From: Hormiphora californensis
Taxonomy: Eukaryota; Animalia; Ctenophora
Assembly: GCA_020137815.1 (NCBI GenBank)
Contig: CM035352.1
Span: 1,674,001 to 1,738,000 of the forward strand
Reading direction: 5' to 3'
DNA: 64,000 nucleotides
A model generated the notes under the pieces. It was not told the DNA's origin. It saw only the letters and a list, made by a program, of their open reading frames with translations, and did no database searches. Shown here in pieces: positions 14,122 through 54,980 of this stretch; the first letter of the stretch is position 1; each line of letters opens with the position of its first letter. The translations under genes were made by a program, and so were the position numbers.

Positions 14122-14368
14122 AGGGGAACAATCGTGCCTGGACCTCAGGTTCGAACCTGAGGTCCAGGCAGACCTGATCAGGTCACGGCTGTTTACCCCT
14201 GATACCTAAGGTCTCACGGCTGCTATTCAGATTCCCTGAAGTATCAGGGATTCTGAATATTAGAGAATAGTCAAGAATAGCCCTGATACCTCAGGTCTCA
14301 GGGGTAAACAATGTTTACTAAACATCCATGACATGAACCTGAGATTCAGGCACGACTGCATTTCCCCC
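14122..14368. mobile_element. Small MITE-like inverted-repeat element, with a partial second copy at about 12810-12882
   Basis: Left arm tcgtgcctggacctcaggttc pairs with right arm gaacctgagattcaggcacga. The right half recurs in the GPCR intron. Confidence 0.6.
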
Positions 14369-15296
14369 GTGGAGGAACATGCAATATAGGAGCATATAAA
14401 GCTCAGTGCGTTTACTAAAATACCACCCACGCCCAACTGTGTTGAAATTTGTCAACCTGAAGTAATAAATTTGAAACATGTGCAGTAGTAGATCTAACTG
14501 CTAAAAGGTGGGAGCTTAGTTGGTGACACAGTGCTGCGAGATCGAAGAAAATAGGGGGCAATGGGATACCGAGGAACTGAGAATATTTTCTTACAATACT
14601 TGGGAGCCAAGTATTTACTGGTGTTATATGCGGTACAAGGGGTGGGGCAGAAAATATTGCATCGAGAATTGTAAATTGGCAAATCTTCAAGAGACAAAAG
14701 TTGATGTCTCTGTTGTTAAACTTTAACACGTGACTATAATGCACGTGGTACTGGGTGGTTGCTGTTGAGTATTAGAGGTTCAGTGACAAATAGCTGTCAT
14801 AAAACCAAGCCTTTCAGTCATGCAGATTGCAGGATTATAGGCCAATTATGGCCAAGTAATTATAGGCTATAATACAATTACATGTAGCTGGTCAAATTTT
14901 ACAATTGCTCTTATCTGAATTGATGAAAAAACAAATAGTCTGAGAATTGAGGTTGAGTGATAGCTCAATAATTAATTGGGGATAACTAGAGTAAAGCAAA
15001 TATCTGAGAATTGAGATACCTAATATATCAATTAATGTTTCACGAACCATAGGCAAATGCATAGGCAACTCATTTTGAGTATCTAGTTTTTATGGCAACG
15101 AAAATTACCTCACATGCTTACGCAACGAAATCATCTCACATTTATAGGGCGCCGGCAAGGGAGGGGTAACTTCGTTACCAACAACATATTGGGCCATTGG
15201 GGTTTCTATAACTTCTCGACTAGCACCAGGCCCTTATCTAAAAGCTCTTTAGTTACAGAGGTTTTACCCATTATCAGCACGTTCTTCTCAGCTGAG

Positions 15297-15468
<172 letters not shown>

Positions 15469-15548
15469 AGTCGCACCACTAGTTTTGTTCTCGTGTCCCA
15501 TACAGATGTGTCGTCCACTTTAGCAGTACCTCAATAGCAATTGGTGCC

Positions 15549-29761
<14,213 letters not shown>

Positions 29762-30600
29762 TTGGTTGTTCCCCCGTTTACACAGGATAGGTAATTTCAT
29801 TACCAAGTGATTGAGTGACCGTGGTACTAGATGATGGTAGTGAAACGAGGGACCAGTGAACCTATATGAAACCAGCCGTCCGTGCACCGTCTCCAACGAT
29901 TTAATTAATTAATTAATTAATTATACGAGCCCATTCTTGGATCCATTGCAACCTATTCTCGCTCCGCGAATAATAGGATCCCGGTCCGTTGAGAGCAAGA
30001 ACTCACGTGCGCGCGATATAAAGCACGTTTTCAGCAGATCGCGCGTGACAGACCGTTTTTGGAGACCTTTTTAGCTGACCTAGCACTACTCAAACGTCAA
30101 TTATCGCCTCATTTCGCATCGTGATGAATCGGCGGGTATTTTCCCATACTCACAAGGCCATGACGATTCACCCTGTACCCGCAGATTGTCTCAGGACCGA
30201 GTAGGAGCTTGCAGCCAGGTCTTTAAAGAATTACTCATGTTTAGGGTCAATTTTGACCCACTATTCCTCAAATGCTGATACTCGCGGGTATTTTCCGTAA
30301 AACTAGAGACAATTATCTGCCAGGAGCAACAAACGAGATGCAAATCGGTTCAGTAGTTCCTTGCAGCCAGGTCTTTGAAAAAGTTTGCTCTAAAATCAAT
30401 AACAGGCCGGAGACCTGTATGTGAGATCGATCTCGGTCGCTGCGCGACCTCGATCTCACTCAGGTATCAATGTGACCAAAGCCCATTCCACCTCCAATCG
30501 CCATCCAGATGTAAAATATTAAACACGGAATCTCAGGTCGGGGGAATCTAATAAAACTTTATCAACATAAAACAGAATTTATTTCACACACAATTACAGT

Positions 30601-33600
30601 TCAGTCTCTGGCAACAACGTCAGCCCTTTGAGCTGGTCGCTGGTTCTGTAGCGCATAAGATCGGTCTAAGAGGTTCTTTCCCTGGAGAATAGCTTTGTGA
30701 GCAACGGTCGTCAGCCGGAACAGAATAACGAGATAAAACACAAACTCAGGCAGCCAATGCCAAGGGAGGTACTGAAATGGGAAAGGGGTTAGTTGATAAA
30801 TTAACATTCAAATAAATAATACATTGCAGGAGTTGATTTTCAGATGAATTACTTACTGATACAATTTTGATGACAACCAGTTTCCCGACTGAGTCCATTG
30901 TTTTTGTTTTAATTAACGTTCTGATTAACGTTCTGAAAATTGAATGTAATGTTTAGTTGGAATTCCTATTACCCATAACCCAGTTGAGATTAAAGTGTAT
31001 TATGATTGAGGCCTCCATTCTCCAAGAAGAAGAGTACGTGCAGACTTGTGCGGCTCACACTGCATTATATATCGAGGGTTCGTTAGATCAAGTACAGACT
31101 TACAGTGAGGCATTGAGATTCTGGTTATCACGGAGTGTAATTAGTCCCTCCCAGACCTCCAAAACTCCCAATGCCAGAGCGAATGGGAGCAACAGATACA
31201 GCCGGAGTCTCCGTAACAGTGGGATAGCCCAGATATGAGGGGTAACAGCTCCCCAGATAAGCACACGAAGGTAGAGATTCATACCAAGGTCCTGGGGAAA
31301 TGTTGTCATTGCTTCAGATGTAAGAAAATTCCCACGGTCTATTGCGCGCGCGAAGTGGGCAACAAGAATCGTATCGCGCGCTCCAGTCATGTCCATCGCT
31401 ATGACTTTATTTATAACTCCCGTGGCAATTGATATGTGAAGTGATCTGATGATAACGCACCTGATCAGTCTGCTCAGCGATAAGCTGGAGAAGGGGCGAG
31501 AATAGGGTCTGGTTAGAGAAGAGAAAAAGATAAATCGCCAAGACTCTCGGGCACTCCACCCACGACATTAATAAAAACATAACCGTATTCCTCGAGTCCT
31601 GAAAATAGTGTTTGTTGTGTGTGTGCTGTGTGTGTAACCGCACAAAACAGGCATTTATACTAACGAGAATGTCAATTATCGGTGAACCGGTTTCTTCCTC
31701 CCTCTCTCTAGGATCTTTATCGAAATCATCATCACTGAAAACAGAGAGAGATTTACAAGCACATTCGAATGTATTTCGAATGTAAACGAAGGCAATTCAT
31801 TAGCGAATAGCTAAGAAGAAGAATTACAATTTAAACAAGTTAGTTCAGTTTACAATTTTTTCAATACAAATGAATGCATTTCATCAGAACATAGCTCCTC
31901 ACAACCGTGAGTAGAGCACTGTTCGAGACAAGGACCGTAAATACTAAGAAGAAGAATTAAAATTCTTCTTCTTCTTTCATCCGATCTCTAAACACTCACC
32001 TAGCAAAGTATGAAGTAATGAATCGGAGAGCAAGACAGAAGCTGATAAAAAATGCCGCTCTCTTTATCATATCACCATCGGCGTGGAAGTTGTAGTTTGC
32101 TGTTACAGTTGTTGAGTGACCACTGGAGCTCATTCGGACCCCACCGAGTCTAGAGAATCCACCAGCTGCCCCTCCAGACCCAGAGAAATGGGACTCAAAT
32201 GCAGATCGTGCTACACTCCTCTCCTCTGCTCTCGTTCTTGTCGCCTGTGGGACAGTGATGTATAATTGTAAGCAATATTTGTAGACAATAGCAACCAATT
32301 ACTTAGATCACCCAATCCTCAAACAACTGAAGGAAATTAGTAATGATCTCACTATATCTTGCCAGTATCCCTGTCCCATATATCCCGGGAGAGAGAACAG
32401 CCAATTTGGGCTTTCTCAACGTGTGTGTTTGTGTGCGTGTATTAGAATGTATATTGATTCTATATGTCTTGTTTGTTTGTTTGTGTGTAACAAAACACAG
32501 CGTCATGGTTCAGAAATAGCTGTAGTAAAAATACAGAGCTTAAATACAGCTCGGATAAAGTTGTGTGGAAATGTGCATAGTAAAAGCACATTCTATAATT
32601 TATGGAATTACACAGGAATTGTATTGGCTGGTTTCCTGTTTAATTCCAAAAGTTGTGCCACCACACATGGCATGAAGTTTCAGTATTTCAACCCCACCTA
32701 CTACTAGTTGTGACACCTAATAAATAGTAGACACACCTGCTCAGGGCTCCCTCACACCCCGCTCCCCCCCCCCTTGAAGGCACGTGTAACTCAACAAAGA
32801 CGTGTAACATCTCACCTGTTCATCGTAAAGACTCTGTATAACATTCTCCAGTGCAATATTAACAGCCGGCACAGAATGAATAACAACTCGACAATAGGGA
32901 CACTTGAAATCACTCCTCTGAGAGTTCCACATTTGGGCGAGACACTCCCGGCAGAAGGAATGTCCACAAACTAGCGTGGTGGGCTCACGGAGAAGATCCA
33001 GACAGATGCTGCACTCCAGGTCTTTTCGGTAGTGGCTTTCCTGGTCACTGTCACCTGCACCGTCAGGAGAGGGGCCAGGCTCCTGGGAGGGGGTGGTTAG
33101 TAACGATCAGGAGAGTTAGAGGTACCAGGCTTCTGGGGGGCCGGGGTGAGGGTGGTTAGTAACAGTCGGGAGAGGGGCCAGGCTCCTTGGGGGGGGGGGG
33201 AGTTAGTAACAGTCGGGAGAGGGACCAGGCTCCTGGGAGTGGGGAGTGGGTGTTAGTAACAGTCGGGAGAGGGACCAGGCTCCTGGGAGTGGGGAGAGCG
33301 GTCAGGGGTAACCCCTAAGGGCTTAGTAAAATTCAGGAGAGGGGCCAGGCTCCTGGAGATGTGAGGGGGTGGTTAGGAACGGTCAGGAGAGGGGCCAGGC
33401 TCCTGGGGGGGGGGTTGAGGGGGTAGTAACAGTCAGGAGAGGGGCCAGGCTCCTGGGAGGGGGATGGTGGTTAGTAAAATTCAGGAGAGGGGCCAGGCTC
33501 CTGGAGATGTGAGGGGGTGGTTAGGAACGGTCAGGAGAGGGGCCAGGCTCCTGGGGGGGGGGGTTGAGGGGGTAGTAACAGTCGGGAGAGGGGCCAGGCT

Positions 33601-35802
33601 CCTTGGGGGGGGGGGGAGTTAGTAACAGTCGGGAGAGGGACCAGGCTCCTGGGAGTGGGGAGTGGGTGTTAGTAACAGTCGGGAGAGGGACCAGGCTCCT
33701 GGGAGTGGGGAGAGCGGTCAGGGGTAACCCCTAAGGGCTTAGTAAAATTCAGGAGAGGGGCCAGGCTCCTGGAGATGTGAGGGGGTGGTTAGGAACGGTC
33801 AGGAGAGGGGCCAGGCTCCTGGGGGGGGGGTTGAGGGGGTAGTAACAGTCAGGAGAGGGGCCAGGCTCCTGGGAGGGGGATGGTGGTTAGTAAAATTCAG
33901 GAGAGGGGCCAGGCTCCTGGAGATGTGAGGGGGTGGTTAGGAACGGTCAGGAGAGGGGCCAGGCTCCTGGGGGGGGGGGGTTGAGGGGGTAGTAACAGTC
34001 AGGAGAGGGGCCAGGCTCCTGGGAGGGGGATGGTGGTTAGTAAAATTCAGGAGAGGGGCCAGGCTCCTGGGGTGTGAAGGTAATAACTTGATGAGGGTTT
34101 GCACAATAAAAATATACATTTTGATATACCGCCCATGCCGAAGCGAGGACCAGCAAAACAGAGTGGTATACCTTTGAAAACTGACAAAAAGTCCAATACC
34201 TGGGTAGTAGGTACCTGGGAGGTATATGTACCTGGGTAGGGCTGGTGGGTGGTGGCACTGCTGTAGCTGGGATACGGGCCTTGATTTGCTTTACCCACTC
34301 CTCCATTAACTCAGGATTACCCGCCTTCAGGTGCCACGTGCTGGCATCTGTTATCTGGGGGAAATGGGATCATTAACTCTTATACACCTGTTATCTGAGA
34401 AATGTGAGAGATCTGTTTTAAACCATGACCGTACATTAGTAAAGATAGATACAAGAAATTGATAGGGTAGGGGAAACACACAAATGTTGGTAATTGCATG
34501 TAGTAACTTGCTAGTGTAATAGACTACCAAGCTAATAGCATCACGATAAACGTAGCGGGGTAATTATAACACGGGTGTATAATAAGACCGCATATTTTCC
34601 ACATTGAATGTGTGTTTTGTGTGAGAGAAGGAGGCCGGGGGGAGGGGGGGGGGAGGAGGCCGGGGGCCATATTGTATGATATCAACACTGAATAACGTTA
34701 TGATTGTCAAATTGAAATTGGTGCGTGGTAGATAGAAAACTCACCAGATCGAACCCGTTAGCGTTGTTGCTGTTGGACACGGTTATTTGCTGTCTCGATA
34801 GGATGATAGTACCTCGTCGTAATGGAGTTTCACCCTCTGCTTCTCTCTTCAGGTAGTAGCATAGCCTGAAACAATATAATTGGTAATAGTGGTGTAGAGT
34901 AAGATACTATTGAAGTTTCAGTAACTTGATATTGCTAGATCCTACTCTAGGAAAGTAGTTTTTGTGTTCGTGGCACGGTTGAGTGAAAATGAGAGATCAA
35001 ATGTATGTAAAAGGGAGAGAGAAAGAGACATGAGGGATTATGTGCATAAAATGAGATCGGAGTTCTAGTATCATTATTTGTGTAATAACGCACTGTTGGA
35101 GATAGTAAATAAACAAACTAAATAAGCAAGCTAAACAAACAAACAAACTAGACAAGTACCTGTCTTTGAAAAGGATGAAGTATCTGTTCTGCCACCCCTT
35201 AATAACATTTGTCCACTTTTGTAGTACCCCTTTAAACACTATCGTACCTTGAGAAATAGATGCGATTAGAAAACAGAGAGGTAACGGCAGTATTATAGAA
35301 AGCAAGACTCTTGCCGTTACCTCTTTGCTACAATTGCAAGAGTAATGTACAGCTAGAGTGTTATACCTGTATGACTGTTGATAGCATTTATCCATTGTAT
35401 TTTCTCAGGAACTGAAGATGCCTTGAGGTAGATAACAGTGCCCGTAGAGCTGTCTTCAACGTTAAAACACTTCCCACTGGCATTGATCAGTTTTAGATTG
35501 GAGATGTGTACAGTCAACTCAGACCCATCCTGCAAATTGAAGGGTAGCCGGTAGTTAAATGTGTGCTGGGTGTCTCTGCTTTTGGTGACACAGTCACCTG
35601 CACCCCTCCAGTACAAGCTGCCTGAAGGACGGTAAACGAAGCCCACGAAGAGGGGGTGGCATCACCAATCTCTGCTTTATTGTCGACAACTTACCTCGGC
35701 ACAGTAAAAGTTATCTTGAGTGAGAACGAAGTTCCGGGGCGACCATTTCAAGAGTGATTTGTACTTGAGTAGTGTTCCACTGTGAACGATTGAGTCGGCC
35801 AT
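30601..35802 (-). CDS. PH-PH-RING-transmembrane protein (two PH domains fused to a BFAR-like membrane E3 ligase), about 12 exons
   Basis: PH1: HSGTLLKYKSLLKWSPRNFVL..YLKASSVPEKIQWINAI. PH2: GVLQKWTNVIKGWQNRYFIL..RRGTIIL..WHLKAGNPELMEEWVKQI. C3HC4 RING: CSICLDLLREPTTLVCGHSFCRECLAQMW..CPYCR..VNIAL. BFAR-like segments: FLLMSWVECPRVLAIYLFLF and LPWHWLPEFVFY. Confidence 0.75.
33063..34070. repeat. About 50-bp minisatellite (about 20 units, with higher-order structure) built from the RING-exon splice acceptor
   Basis: Core caggagaggggccaggctcctgg repeated. On the - strand each unit reads ctaac/ctacc..C-rich..ag|GAGCCTGGCCCCTCTCCTGA. Confidence 0.95.
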
Positions 35803-36148
35803 TCGAGACCCAACTCTACATTTCTACCAGGAGAGTTCATAATCAATACAAAACTCGTCTTTGGAGGGACAATTAAAATATATGCTTAAAACACTAGATA
35901 TCCTACCACACAGTGTCTACAACGGTAGATTCGATGAGGAGAGCCTAAACGTAGCAAGGTTTGCCTCAAGTTCTTGTAATCTTGTAACCATGTGGTGACA
36001 AGTCACAATTGCGTATTGGCAAGCGTTGTGACGCCACACCGCCACGGGAACCACATGTTTTGGGCCAAAACTTTTGGCCGTGCCTAGATAGGAAGATTTG
36101 AAACGCTCGGGCGCGACTCGCGAGCTCAAATTTGGCAAACGTTGCTGG

Positions 36149-36292
36149 TAGTGGAAGCTCTTACGGTATTCCCACGACCGTGGGAAAAGAGAGATAGATA
36201 GAAATACTAAGAGAGAGAAATAGCTCTTTCTTAGTATTTCTATCTATCTCTCTTTTCCCACGGTCGTGGGAATACCGTAAGAGCTTCCACTA
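36149..36292. mobile_element. 144-bp palindromic MITE, copy 1
   Basis: tagtggaagctcttacggtattccc...gggaataccgtaagagcttccacta with perfect arms of about 63 bp. Confidence 0.85.
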
Positions 36293-36589
36293 TGAGGCCC
36301 CTCGGAAATGTTCAAGTCATGCACAATCAAGTCACGCCCACCAATCACAGCTCAGAACGCGCGGAGGGCTTCGCGCGTTCTGAGCTGTTAGTGGAAGCTC
36401 TTACGGTATTCCCACGACCGTGGGAAAAGAGAGATAGATAGAAATACTAAGAAAGAGCTATTTCTCTCTCTTAGTATTTCTATCTATCTCTCTTTTCCCA
36501 CGGTCGTGGGAATACCGTAAGAGCTTCCACTATGTGATTGGTGGGCGTGACTTGATTGTGCATGACTTGAACATTTCCGAGGGGCCTCA
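36293..36589. mobile_element. Foldback element interrupted by MITE copy 2; partial uninterrupted copy at about 37327-37441
   Basis: Arms tgaggcccctcggaaatgttcaagtcatgcac... and ...gtgcatgacttgaacatttccgaggggcctca. Confidence 0.75.
36389..36532. mobile_element. 144-bp palindromic MITE, copy 2 (opposite orientation), 3-bp TSD tgt
   Basis: Same arms as copy 1 with the spacer inverted. Flanked by tgt on both sides; the empty site gagc-tgt-gattgg is seen at 37381-37393. Confidence 0.85.
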
Positions 36590-37015
36590 TGGCCCCCGCA
36601 GCAGTGCGGGATAAGGCAGCACTTTTCAAAGCTCAAATTAATTTGGCAAACGTTGCTGGCCCCCGATAGCAGCGCGGGATAAGGCAGCGCTTTTCAACAA
36701 ATAAAGTAGAAACAATAAATTTTCAACAAATTAATTTGTTTAAAGTAAAAAAAAAGTTGAAAAGTTTGAAACATTTTTTTTGAAACATGGACAAAATAAA
36801 CGCTGCTTTTTCTCGAAATTATACGTAACGCGCTAAAAATTATGCAATCGCGGCGCAAACACAGCGCCGCGCGACTCAGCTTTAGTTAAAAAAACCAATT
36901 TCGTTTTTTTAAACAGGCAAAAAAAGTTTTAAGATGAGGCCTTGGAATGCGCTGCAGCCCCCTCATGCGCGCACCCCCGTCCCCCGCAACTTATATTATA
37001 AGGGGCCTGCAACGT

Positions 37016-37321
37016 AAAGTCGGATTTTTTGAAACTGTCACCCCAAAACGACCGCGCATGTGAAATTTATCAATTTCGACGCGCACACCACACGTTAACA
37101 TGTGATGTGACGCGCAAAAACATTCCGCGCACGAAAAGGGGGGTGACAGTTTCAAAAAATCCGACTTTAAAGTCCATTTTTTTTCAACTGTTCACCCAAA
37201 AACTGAAATTTAATAAAAATTAGAATTTGGGTGGCGCGCGCTACACGTTAACATGTGATAAACGCGCAAAACAATTCCGCGCACGACTTTGGGGGGTGAA
37301 CAGTTGAAAAAAATGGAGTAT
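37016..37321. repeat. Two adjacent related hairpin elements of about 150 bp
   Basis: aaagtcggattttttgaaactgtcacccc..ggggtgacagtttcaaaaaatccgacttt, followed by tccatttttttcaactgttcaccc..gggtgaacagttgaaaaaaatgga. Both share the internal segment acacgttaacatgtgat. Confidence 0.75.
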
Positions 37322-37855
37322 ATGCCAAAGTCACGCCCACCAATCACAGCTCAGAACGCGCGAAGCACTCCACACGTTCTGAGCTGTGATTGGTGGGCAT
37401 GACTTGATTGTGCATGACTTGAACATTTCCGAGGGGCCTCATTCGATGGGGCTTGAAATTTTCTTTCCAACAGAAAAAGGTTTCCGAAAACTCCTCCCAG
37501 TATGTGCTAACTAGACTCAGAAATCTGAATAAGACAGCTCTATCCACTTGAGAAACTTTCTCAAGTGGATAGAGCTGTCTTATTCTCAGAGAAAGTGATA
37601 CTTTAGAGAGTGCGTTGGCACCATTTTTCTGGGTATATATTCACTATTGAGTGGGATATTAAGTGCATAATTTACATTACAGCTCTTGGCCCAACAGTGG
37701 TGCTCCGTCAAATTGGCCGCATAAAGCGCTGCCTACGACGCTGCCTACGACATAGTCCGCTAACATGTTAAACTGTGTCATACGCAGCACTTTATGCGGC
37801 GGAGCATCACTGTTAGGCCCAGAGCTGTCTTATTCGGGTCCAATTCCCGACTTCC

Positions 37856-52551
<14,696 letters not shown>

Positions 52552-52961
52552 TGATCGTCTTCAGTGATCATTCTCTGTATTATGTGTGTGGTTATAATGG
52601 AGGGTAGGGAAATTGGGAGAATGATTCAATCGTGAAAGATTCACTGGAATTGTTTCGAGATGCTTGAGAACAGAGCTAGAGGTCAGACCATTGCATCAAA
52701 TAGTCTGCCGAAAGAACGAGATTCCGGGATATCAAGGGAAGGGGTTAGTGTAAAAGTCACTGTCAAGCCAATGCCCTGAAAGAGAATTCAGACTGTCATG
52801 AAATATGGGAATGAGCTATTCTCAGTTTTTATCAAACTTGTTTTTGTTTCCATTTATTTTGTTAATTATTTAATTTTTACTACAACTACAATTAAACAAA
52901 TTCAATGTTTCAGTTACCAAATCCTCAACTAAAAAACCTCCCATATATCTAGCGTATAATC

Positions 52962-53513
52962 ATGACGATGACGATGTCTGACATCCCGCCTAAGATGAAA
53001 ACCTCCCTGTCCCTTCTTTGTGAGCACACTACCCCGGAAATATTCAGACGATTATGCACCCGTGCTGCAACCACCTACCCCTCCCCAGCCTTCTCACCCG
53101 AAGAAACAGACCGGCTATCTGCATCCCTTGATTGTAAAACATCCACAGCAGAGCGAATTATCTCCGCAATAGAGTTCTTACTCCACCGTGCATCGTACAA
53201 TATCTCAAAACCAAGTGCAGTCCGGACGTGCCTTGTTGAAACCCTAGGCGAGGAGAGGGCGGTGATATTTTCCAAAGTGTGGGGTGAGGCCGCTAGTGGT
53301 ATTGTTGGCCGTCTAAAAAGTGGCCATGATCAGGGACACCACGTGCAGTGGAGTAGTCACGTGGTATTGTCACGTGATACTAGCGCAGATGTGGCGGAGA
53401 CGGGAGGGGTGTTGGAGGTTGGTGGGAAGAAAGTGAGGTTTGATCACGAGGGTTTAGTGAGGTTTTATACCCAGCTAGAGAGGATCCAGTCGGCAATAGA
53501 TAACTTAGGGTAA
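52962..53513 (+). CDS. COMMD10: COMM domain-containing protein 10, single coding exon
   Basis: PKMKTSLSLL..FSPEETDRL..IEFLLHRASYNISKPSA..VQWSSHV..FDHEGLVRFYTQLERIQSAIDNL matches COMMD10-specific features. Confidence 0.9.
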   Translation: MTMTMSDIPPKMKTSLSLLCEHTTPEIFRRLCTRAATTYPSPAFSPEETDRLSASLDCKTSTAERIISAIEFLLHRASYNISKPSAVRTCLVETLGEERAVIFSKVWGEAASGIVGRLKSGHDQGHHVQWSSHVVLSRDTSADVAETGGVLEVGGKKVRFDHEGLVRFYTQLERIQSAIDNLG

Positions 53514-54313
53514 CTAAGTAAGGAGTTTGTGTTTCTATGGCAACTACCCTGCACCGGTGAATCACACATGAGTGTGTCGTTTGTGTGTGATCCATGTGTC
53601 TGAACTGTGTGTGAAGTGTGTGTGAAGTGTGAAGTGTATTTTGCTGGACATAATATATGTTTCTGTGTGGAGTTTTTAGCGTTTACTTTTTGTATTTTGA
53701 TTGCTGTTTTTATCAACGAATGAGGCACGTGTAATGCTTGTTGTGTCTTTCTTGCCTTGGTACAATAGATTTACCGCGCCGGAAACCCGATTTACCGGGC
53801 AAAATCCCGTTTAATTGGGGCCCGACTGTATATTCAAAACAACAACTTTTAATCTAACAACAAGTGTTTTAGTAGTAGTCATGTGACAATGTCCATGTCC
53901 CATTTCTCAAAGGAAACCATGTACGCAACAACTGCCTTCCAATTTCAACCAATCTCGGTAAGCCCTGTTTTTGTTCATGATATAATCCTGGATACCCACT
54001 TTTTGTGTTATTATCCTCAATAACTCGCTATCAATGTATCATATGCTGCAAAATAGACACTTTGTCGGTCTCTCTATTTCTTCGTACTTTTTCTCTCTGT
54101 CACTGGTTTTACTGCGTTCTTCTTTTCTCCAAGTTTTGTTAAACACATCGTATACAACACGCAAAGCGAAATGAAGCGATTGCTGCAAAAGTTTTAAACG
54201 TAAAGGTTAGGTCCGGGAGACTGGAGCTGGAGTGTCCTATTTGCTTGTTGATATACTGCACTAACGCGTTGCATGTTGCCGCTCTTTCTTTTCTCTCTCT
54301 CTCTCACTCTCCT

Positions 54314-54385
<72 letters not shown>

Positions 54386-54980
54386 TCTCTCCTTCTCTGA
54401 TCCTTTCATGAAACACTTCATCTCTTTCCAAACAATAGATTTCGCTTCATCGCCCCTTCTATCCTACCAAACAACAACCCAAAATCACTACCCCCCCCCC
54501 CTATATGACTGATATGTGACCCCCCCCCCCTGATATGACTGATATGTGACCCCCTCCCTGACTGATGTCACCTCTCTTTACCCAGCTACAACCTGTGTTG
54601 GAGGGGTTCAAGTTGACAACTACGGAACTAGTAGAACATGATAACACCACCAGGGACAATGTTGACAACACAATCTGTTTCCATGACAACAGCGATGGGC
54701 ACCATGCTAACCTAACATACTTTGACAATGTTGAGTTTAGTGGCGACAGTGAACAACAGACGAACAATGAGACGGACAATGGTGTACAGTGTGACGTAAG
54801 AACAAACAATGGGAGAGTTACAGACATACAGACGTTTTGTACGCTCCTCAGCTACTTAAACTGTTCACATACATAATTTCCACTTTCCTCTGTTTCCAAT
54901 CCGTGCTATTACATGCCATGGACATGGTCGATATTTTCACCAATAAAACGAGTTTGATTTATACCTTCTTTTTGTTACAG

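Noticed and set aside
14415-14744. Short ORFs on both strands upstream of the GPCR
   Set aside because: No homology cues or convincing splice context.
53760-53830. ggggcccgactgta ends (also about 13357-13369 and 49663-49677) as Tc1-like MITEs
   Set aside because: Probably decayed repeat ends, but paired TIRs and boundaries could not be defined.
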